DNA from: Podarcis tiliguerta
Lineage: Eukaryota
Assembly (NCBI GenBank): GCA_965153285.1
Contig: OZ229115.1
Length of the DNA: 64,000 nt
Direction: 5' to 3' (one strand)
Positions 50,501 to 59,500 of the stretch are shown here, in pieces. The notes beneath the pieces are model-generated. The model saw nothing but the letters and a program-made list of their open reading frames with translations, made no database searches and was not told the DNA's origin. Position 1 is the stretch's first letter. Each line of letters begins with the position of its first letter. A program made the position numbers and the translations under genes.

Positions 50501-53500
50501 CCCTTCTGATTTTCTTTTTTATTATTATTAATGGGCCAAATATCATGTAGTTCTCATACTACATAAAACAAAACGGGTATTGCCAGCATTGCATGACACA
50601 GAAATTGTCAGGCCTCAGCAGGGTCTGCTGTTGATTGTCAGGTACCAAGGCTGGGGCACGGCCCAAACAGGCAAGGCGGAGGTCAGAGCAATCAAATGTC
50701 TGCTACTCCTTGCTGTAGCGCACTCTAAATGCAAATACAGCAGATTCCCCTGGGAGCAATGAGAACTGATGACATCCTATCTCAGGGGGAATTGTACAGG
50801 AAGAACATGGCTTCCTGCCTGTAAACATCAAGTCCTCTCACTCTTAGGTAAACTGGCTGTATTTGCATTCAAAGCACGCAGTGGCAAGAAGCTGCTTGCA
50901 CTAGCAGCTCCAGGCTGTGGGCAGGTAGATGCCTTATTTTTAAAAGTCTACAATACTTTAAAAACTTTTTTGTTATTTTTTTAAAAATGCACATTTCCAT
51001 GCGGATTTTTAGGCATTTCTCAGGAATAGGGCAGAGCAGCCTTAGTTCCCTCCCCATGCACAATTGGGACAGACCAGACTGTAATGGGTCCATCCATGGA
51101 TGCCCACAGGATTTCCTCGACCCGATACACTGTGTGCTTTGGGTCCCCTGAATCTCCCCACAATCTCTTGATAAGAACTGCTGTTTATGTGCCTATATTA
51201 ACTTTACCGAGCCTACCACACGGAACTGTTTCAGATATAAAAGGGGAAGGGGAGGCCTGAAATTGGTAGCAGAGTAAGGTGGCAGAAAACTATCAAGAAA
51301 AGCAGGTAGTGATCGGTTAAAAAAAAAACCTCTACCACCAACAGTACATTTGTCCAAGGCAAAATAGCTGTGAGCACAAAGCACAAAATTAAGCCTCTTC
51401 CCACCTAAGATCAGACAGGCGTCTGTCTATTAGTTCAAGCAGAACTCATCTCACAGGCCGTGGTGTTTCTAGATTATTAGGAAAGTAGGCACCATTTGTT
51501 ATTTTACCCTGCTCAGGGTGTGTGATTCCAAGCTTGGTGAGTCTACAAAACAGGCTTAAGAGCCACACCTTGAGAGTTTCTTCTGCCTTCATCCGCAAGG
51601 TGGAGCCCAAGCCACTGACCCTATGCAGGCAGTGTCAATATGAGTACCAATTGTACTTTTTTAAACAGCATTCTATGACATTTAGTCACATTTGCCTGGT
51701 CAGCATTTGTGCTTGGACGTTTTATAATTCCATGCTCCTGATAAAATTTCATCATTAAAGTATCACTTGCTGGGCTATCTTTTTATAATATTCCACAATA
51801 TTATTGCATTTTACAGGACCCATATGTACATGCTGTGAATGATATGAGGATAGGGGAACTTCGTCCCTCCATGACTGAAGCACCATTGTACCAACCTAAA
51901 CTTGTCCTATTGGGTAAAGAGAAAAAAGGTACTAAGTCACGTTATAGATATTGAATGTGTCAAACAATGAAAAATGCAGCAGAAAAAATGTGCTCAACAC
52001 TGTATTCTCTTTTTTACACTTAGCCAGAATCAAATTGGAAATTATGTTTAATATGCAAAGCCAGTCGATTTAGATACACAGCTATCTATATTTCTCTCCT
52101 ACCCCCTTTCCTTAGACTAATAGCAACTTCAAATGGCATGAAAAGGTCGGGCCCCAGGTTCCTGGGGGCCTTGGACACAGGGTACCACTGGGCCTCTTGT
52201 CCCCTCCCTTACCTCCTCAAAACTACTCTCCCTTCCATTCTTGGTCCCACCCCATACCTTTTCTGTCTGCCTGCTTACATTCACATATTGCAATATTTCT
52301 GTCACCCTCCTTTTTGCCTCAGCTTCTATTTCCTTACACTGGCTGGTATTGCTTTTTTGTCTCCCTCTCATCTTCATTTTCGTTTTGATCACTTTCTTCT
52401 CCCATGTATCACTTTCTCTGCCACTTTAATGCACCTCTCTGTGACTGTGCCTGGGGAACTGAATCTCTTCTCCCTTCCCTGCATCCCCCCCCCCAACCCT
52501 CTGTGGATGCCTTTCCCCCCCTCCCTTAAAACTGCCTATCTGCCTTCTCTTCTCCTGGGTCAACTTGGCGCATATGTAATGTACAGAAAAGAAATCTAAA
52601 GTAGTTTCAGTACTCTCAGAACGTAATATAGCAGCTGTTCTAAGCCCTCTTAATTTGGATAAAACCCCATTTAAATGAATGGCTCTTCCTTCTATGCAAG
52701 AATTATGAGCAAATGGTGGGCAGGTTAGCAGCCTACTAAGTGAACAATCCCCTCAGACCATCTGGACTGTGGGTCAGTGCCTCACTTGGGCCACCCCTAG
52801 TATTGGGCATGGGTATGAAGGTGATTAAATCCTTCCTAATCACTGCTGCCCTGACAAAACTCCCTGTGCCTGTTTTTTTTTAAATAAATATTGGGAAATC
52901 TCCCATGTCACATTTGGTTTGGCCCTGACTGTTGGATATAGTGTATAAAGAAGGCTATATATGTCATTAAAAATAAATACTAATTATTATGTTCAGCAGT
53001 AGCCAAAAATGGGGGTGGGGCGTTCAAGACAGTAGCAGTTTGGTCAGGTTTGTAAGTGTAGGAAAGGTGAAAATGGATCTTTTAAAAATACAAAAAAATA
53101 AAATAAATGTTCCATCTCACAAGGCACAATGTTTATAAGGATAATAGTAAAGTAATACACCGACCAATAATTGTAGATTGATACAGTCAGATGATACAGC
53201 ATCTTGGCTGAAGATGGATGGGAAAGGGAGGTGGTACTGCTGTACAAATGTCTTAGGTGTTTTTGAACATCCCAGGGATAAGTTCATGGCTGGCTATATT
53301 TGTATGATATAGAAGTGGAAATCACATTTCCAAGCTAATTACAGTAGTTGTTGTATATATGTCTCTGTGTTCAATCTTCTGTTCAACTATTAATTTCATA
53401 TTTCTTTCTGTGCTTGTTTTAGAATCAACAGATGAATCTGAAGCAGATAAAGTTCACTGCATGAATAACAGTGTTTCTTCAGGCACCTATTCAGACTATT

Positions 53501-56500
53501 CACCTTCACAGGCATCTTCAGGGTCTTCTAACGCTCGTGTTAAAATGGGGTCCTTGCAGACTACAGCTAAAGATGCAGTGAATAATTCTTTGTGGGGTAA
53601 CAGGTGTGTTTACTTTGTAGACCCCACTTGAAACACTGAATCTGACCATAAAGGCATCTCAGACAGCTAAAAGTACAAAGAGCTTAAATAAAAGATGATG
53701 ATGATGATATGAACCCTCGTATTAAAACAAAAACAGACAGGAACGTCACTAGGGCCAGACTAGCAGGAGTAGCACCATGATTGAGATGCCTTTGTTTTTT
53801 CTTTGAACTAGCAGTGCTTCCTAGGACACCTATGTGACTATGTGACATTATGTCTCAGGAAGTACTGCTAGGCTGGGAGCTGGTATACTACAAGTGTACA
53901 CAAGACTTCTAAGAAGTCTGGCATTGCATACAGTTGGAGAAAACCTGCTGCACTTGGAACAACATCACACTGGCACTACTGCAAATAAGTGAAGCGTTGT
54001 GCAAAAAAAGGTAAGTGTTGCAGCATCCCTGCCCCCTCAACAGCAGGAGAGGGAGAAGAGCAGAGCATCCAGAGCAGAGTATGTTCCCCCCCACAACTAG
54101 GCACCTCTGCAGAAAGGCCCATGTTTGCAGGTGAGAGGAAGGGCACCTTTTCCCATGTCAAGGCCCAGAGGAATTATGCCTTAGGGGTGGAAATTACTCT
54201 GGCAACTTCTACCCAAAATTCAGGTCTATCTGCAAACTTTCAGAGTAGGTTACAATAGTTGAATAGCAGATCACCCATCTTACCCATTTTTCAGCTGACG
54301 AGAATGAAAGAGGTCCAAAATGATTACGTGTCATCAAGGTTTTCTGTACTATCTACATTTACTCCATTGCATACAAAATCCTATATAAGCAACTTTGTCC
54401 CACCATAGATACAGACTCAGTTTTCAAAGAGACTTTCACTTTGCTTGCAGGCTCAATGCTATGTGCTTATTGTCTGTCACTAGCATAGAGATTTTTATAT
54501 CAGAGGTTTTTTTGGAGGCAGATTTTTAGATTTATGCAAAGCTGTTTTCATATACATATAAATTGTGATATTTCTCTTTTTGTGTGCTTTCTCTTTGTTC
54601 CCACTCCAAACAAGCTAAAGCTTCCATTCGTTCACGGGTTAAACAAAGCATGCAATAATAGTAAGATATTTATTAGCATTTTATTCTGCTGTGATAGCTT
54701 CCTTATCTAATACCAGTCTTTCTTCTTGTTTTCTCCAGGCTTGTCCAATCTTTTCCTCAACCTCTTGAAACAAAGCCATTGCTCAGTCAACGGGAGTCTG
54801 CTCCAGCAGGAAACTTACAACAACATAACGAGAGGCGTCCAATGAGCGACACCTTTGCTGACAGCTGGAATGATGGCTCTCACTATGATAACACGGGATT
54901 TGTAGCAGAAGAGAGCACGGTCGAGAATCCAAGCGCTAACCCCCTCTTAAGCTCTAAATCGAGAAGCACATCTGCTCACGGACGCAGGCCTTTAATTAGG
55001 CAAGACAGGATAGTTGGTATCCCCCTAGAACTTGAACAGCCTACTCTCAGAAATACACCTGAATCAGAAGTGCCTCCATCAAACCCTTGGCAGAACTGGA
55101 CAAGAACCCCTAGCCCTTTTGAAGATAGGACAGCCTTTCCTTCTAAGCTGGAGAGCACCCCTACCACCAGCCCTTTACCTGAAAGGAAGGATCTTGTTAA
55201 AGATTCCGCAGAAATAGCTAGCACTTTTCCTCCAGGAACAGCGTGGGAGTATCATGAGTCAAATGCTAACAGAAGTCTTGGTAATGTGTTTTCGCATATT
55301 CACTGTCGCCCGGATCCTTCTAAAAACGTCATTTCTATCAGCAAGAGCACAGAGAGGCTTTCGCCAATGATGAGGGACTTGAAAACGAATAGGTTTAAGA
55401 AGTCACAAAGTATAGATGAGATAGACATTGGCGCATATAAAGTTTATAATATACCGCTAGAGAACTATGCAGCTACTACTGACAATGCCGGTATGCATGA
55501 GAGGCCAGATAAAATGATGGGTCCAGAACATGGAATGTCTAGCATGTCCCGTAGCCAGTCTGTGCCAATGCTTGATGATGAGCTGCTGACCTATGGAAGT
55601 GTTAAGGTGCAGCAGCAGCAAAAGCCTTCTGTAACTAAAAAAGTGTACCAGTTTGACCAAAGTTTTAATCCTCAAGGATCAGTGGAAGTGAAAGCAGAAA
55701 AGAGGATTCCGCCACCTTTTCAACACACTCCAGAGTACATTCCCCAGCAGACTAAAACTGTCTCAAAGGATTTGGTTAGCCCAAGAGCCTACCGAGGGTA
55801 TCCACCCATGGAGCACATGTTTTCATTCTCCCAGCCTTCTGTTAATGAGGAGACTGTCAACACTCAGTACTCAAGTCAGGGATCAAGGGCTGGGTTTTTG
55901 CGAAGAGCAGATTCATTGGCCAGTTCCACAGATATGTCAATGTATAGAAGAGTCAGTGAACCACACGAACTGCCTCAGAGTGATAGGTATAACAGACACC
56001 AGTATAGAGGACCCATGGAACGCCAAAGCAGCATGCAAGTGTCTGAATCCCAATTCCTCAAAAGAAATGGCAGGTATGAAGATGAACACCCTTCATATCA
56101 AGAAGTGAAAGCCCAATCTGGAAGTTTTCCAGTTAAAAACCTTACTCAAAGGAGGCCATTGTCTGCAAGAAGCTACAGTACAGAGAGTTATGGTACCTCC
56201 CAAACCAGGCCAGTTTCAGCTAGGCCTACAATGGCAGCTCTGTTGGAAAAGATACCATCAGACTATAACTTGGGTAACTATGGTGACAAGCCGTCAGATA
56301 ACACTGATTTAAAGACAAGGCCTACCCCTGTGAAGGGAAATGAGAGCTGTGGTAAAATGCCCGCTGACTGGAGACAACAGCTACTTAGACATATAGAAGC
56401 TAGAAGGTTAGACAGGGTATGTTTGGCATTTCTCTGCAATTAATGCCTTTTAGTTTTTATATTTCTATATATCAAAAAAATCTGCTTGCAGTGATTAATA

Positions 56501-59500
56501 TGTTATCCAGTAATAATTCCTGGATTTGTGTTCTGAATTAATAAACCATGAAATGTATTTTGTTACAGTTTATACATAATGAGTTAGAATTAGGGTTGCT
56601 TTGGGGAGCATTGGAAAAGTTCTTCCCTGATATACTGTTGTTTTTTAAAATGCAAAAATGATAATCTCATCTTCTAGTAGTGGGTAATTTATGAAGCTTA
56701 AAGGAAATCACAAAAATAGTTTATAATTTAAATATTCGTTTTATTTGCTAGCCTTTACAGTGCATAGGAAAAATATTAAAGACAAATTCCAAAGCAAAAG
56801 TATTGGAAATATTGACTTTGGCAGGCTTATAGTTAATGGGGATACTCCAAAACTCTACAGAACTCAATAGCACAATCTTCAGTGGCTGTGTTATGAATCA
56901 GTCCATGCCCTTGTGTGCACAATGTCAGATATGCATGTGTGAACCATCTTCATGTACCAGAACTATTGGATCATGGCAGATATAATTAAGGATTTCTTTT
57001 AGAAAATTTAGCCATTGATTAACAAATAAGCTACAATTACTTTTGTTCTGGTACCTCATGTCTTAAATCTATGTACTTGGAAGTAAGTCAGTTGATTTAC
57101 ATTTAACTTATTTCCAAGTGTGTTTAGGATAACGGGTTGAAATATGTAAAGCCCCAACAGAGACCAACTATAACTTATATTTTCTATGTTAGGAAGTGTT
57201 TGTCAATTAACATTTGGTAAATGTGCAGAGTAATTCATTGACATGAGACACAGTTTCCACAGCGTGAAGAATTAAGAATGAGGTATTGTTTGAAATGGTG
57301 ATAAGAAGTAAATGAATAAAACATCTTATAACTGATATACCCAGAAAGCATTTGGAAGGAATTCTGAGAAAAACTACATACTACATGTAGTTCCATTATT
57401 TTCTTTTGAAAAAAGTCTAATATACTGTGCAGCCATTGAGGCTACAGTTTGAAGTGGAAGACTAGTACAGGAGGAAAGGAGCTTCTTAACCTTTCCACTT
57501 TATTCCATTTGCACATCTGTCTCACACACACACACTCCAAAATGCAGGCACTCATGTTTTCCTCAGTCAAGTTAAAAGCAACTGGAGAGGGAACTTTTCA
57601 GTGGGAGAATAGTTTGAAGGGAGAAGGATTATGAAGCTGGTCTTCCATCTTAAATTGTAACCTTACTGCTGCCTTGTATAAATGGCGGGGGGGGGGGGGG
57701 GCTTAACAAGGGACTTTAACATTCACCCTGTTGGCTGTTTTTCGATTTGCATCACCTTGTACTCGTTAAATGCTGTGTGTCTCATACAGCCTTCCTCAGC
57801 CTCAGGAACCTGTTTGCCTTCAGTCAACTAGTATTGGAAATAAGATGAATTACGAAAGACCAATTCATGTATAATTTTAGTCCTACAGTTCACCAGATGC
57901 TTTCATAAAATAAGTGAAAATTGAGATTGCCAAATGTGGCTGTCAAAAATGCTGAAATCATCCTGGAAAATTGGAAGCCTACAGACCTCGTTCTCAGATT
58001 TGCTTTCACAAAATTACCCCTCCTTATTCTCCCAGATACATATTGGTTTGTCATTCAGTGACTGCAATAAGTGATTATAACTCAGAAATAACCATAATGG
58101 AGCCAAAATTGTAGACTGTTTCATATCTTTTGATATCATCATGTGTTTTTCAAAGAAGGTAATTCACAATTTAGCTGTGGCTCACTGAGAGCTGAACTAT
58201 CCATTCAGTAATACAATTTATTTGTTTTTATTTATTTAAAGGGGTTTGGAGAGCAGGCCAAATCAGTCTGCCAAGCGCCAATAATGAACTGATTGTCAGG
58301 TCTTGCAAAGCATTCTTGTATAGATTTTTACAAGGTGCTTTGCAAGATCTGCTGATCAGATTATCATTGGGCCTTATGAAGTCCTGTACACAGGGCTTTG
58401 TAGGTGCCACCAGTCAGCTGATCAGCAGTACCTGCAGACTCCCTTTCGGCTGAGACCTTGCCTGCCCCACACCTGATGTCATATAGAACAGTGAACCACT
58501 TAAAGAAAAGACAATTTCTTGGGCTTAGACCTGGCGTTCTCAGATTTCACCACCCTGCTGTCGCCAGAGCCCACATAAACTTGTTGAAAATTACCGAGGC
58601 CTACAAGTTGTAGAATAGTGGCCTGTGGAAGTGGAGTTTGGCATGATTGGCTGGCTGACATCACTTTTCTGTTGATAGCTAAACCATCTTTGGAAATTGT
58701 TTAATTATTTACCATAGCATTTTCATTGTAGCAAGGAGTTCAATACCTCAGCTTCCCTCAAGCAAAATATAGACATTCGCTCTGGAAGTATTGCAGCTCA
58801 TCCTCTCCACTTTAGGCAGAGTTTGCCAATCAATCCAGAGGCTTTAAGTCTGACTCTAAATGGAGGAGGGTTTTTATTTTATATTTTTCCTTTCCCACTT
58901 CTAAATGCCTCTCAGAGTATTTTTACTAATCTATTGTAATTTCTTCCATTCTTCTGTCACACAAATCTATTCACCTTCCCTTGAACATGCCAGTTTCCTT
59001 CTACCTTTCACCCTGGTCCTTTTATCTTCACTTCCTTCCATAACAACTTTATTCTCTTGTCCCTATCCTTTCCATTATCAGTTGGTTTATTTTTCATAAT
59101 GAGTGTAAATATTAATCTTTTATCTCCCTTTCTAATTTCCTTCAGGACCTCCTCTGGCTGCTTCCCCTCAGAGGAGTGAGACCTCCCTTCTCTCTTCCCC
59201 ACCCTCCCCAAACTTCTCCAACTCCTGGTCACCATTATTTAGCATGCAAGGAGTTGCTAGGGTTGGCATTGGTTCAATCAAAAGACAATGGCATGGCTGG
59301 GGGGTGGGGCCAGCAAGTGAGAAGGCGCTGGGCAGGCTGTGACACTGAGGTTCTCCTGAAAATGACCCATGGCCGTCTCTTGGGTCCCAGCCCCCTGTTT
59401 AAGAAAAACTGACTAGAGGCTACAAAATCACAGCAAGATAGATTTTAAAGCAAAGCTATTAGAATGAATGAATAAAAATTGCAGAAACACTAGATGAATT

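Noticed and set aside
52129-52599. 153-aa and overlapping hydrophobic ORFs
   Set aside because: Low-complexity CT-rich repeat interior; no splice or homology support.
57684-57701. G15 run with upstream TATAAATGGCG
   Set aside because: An isolated homopolymer with no supporting promoter context.
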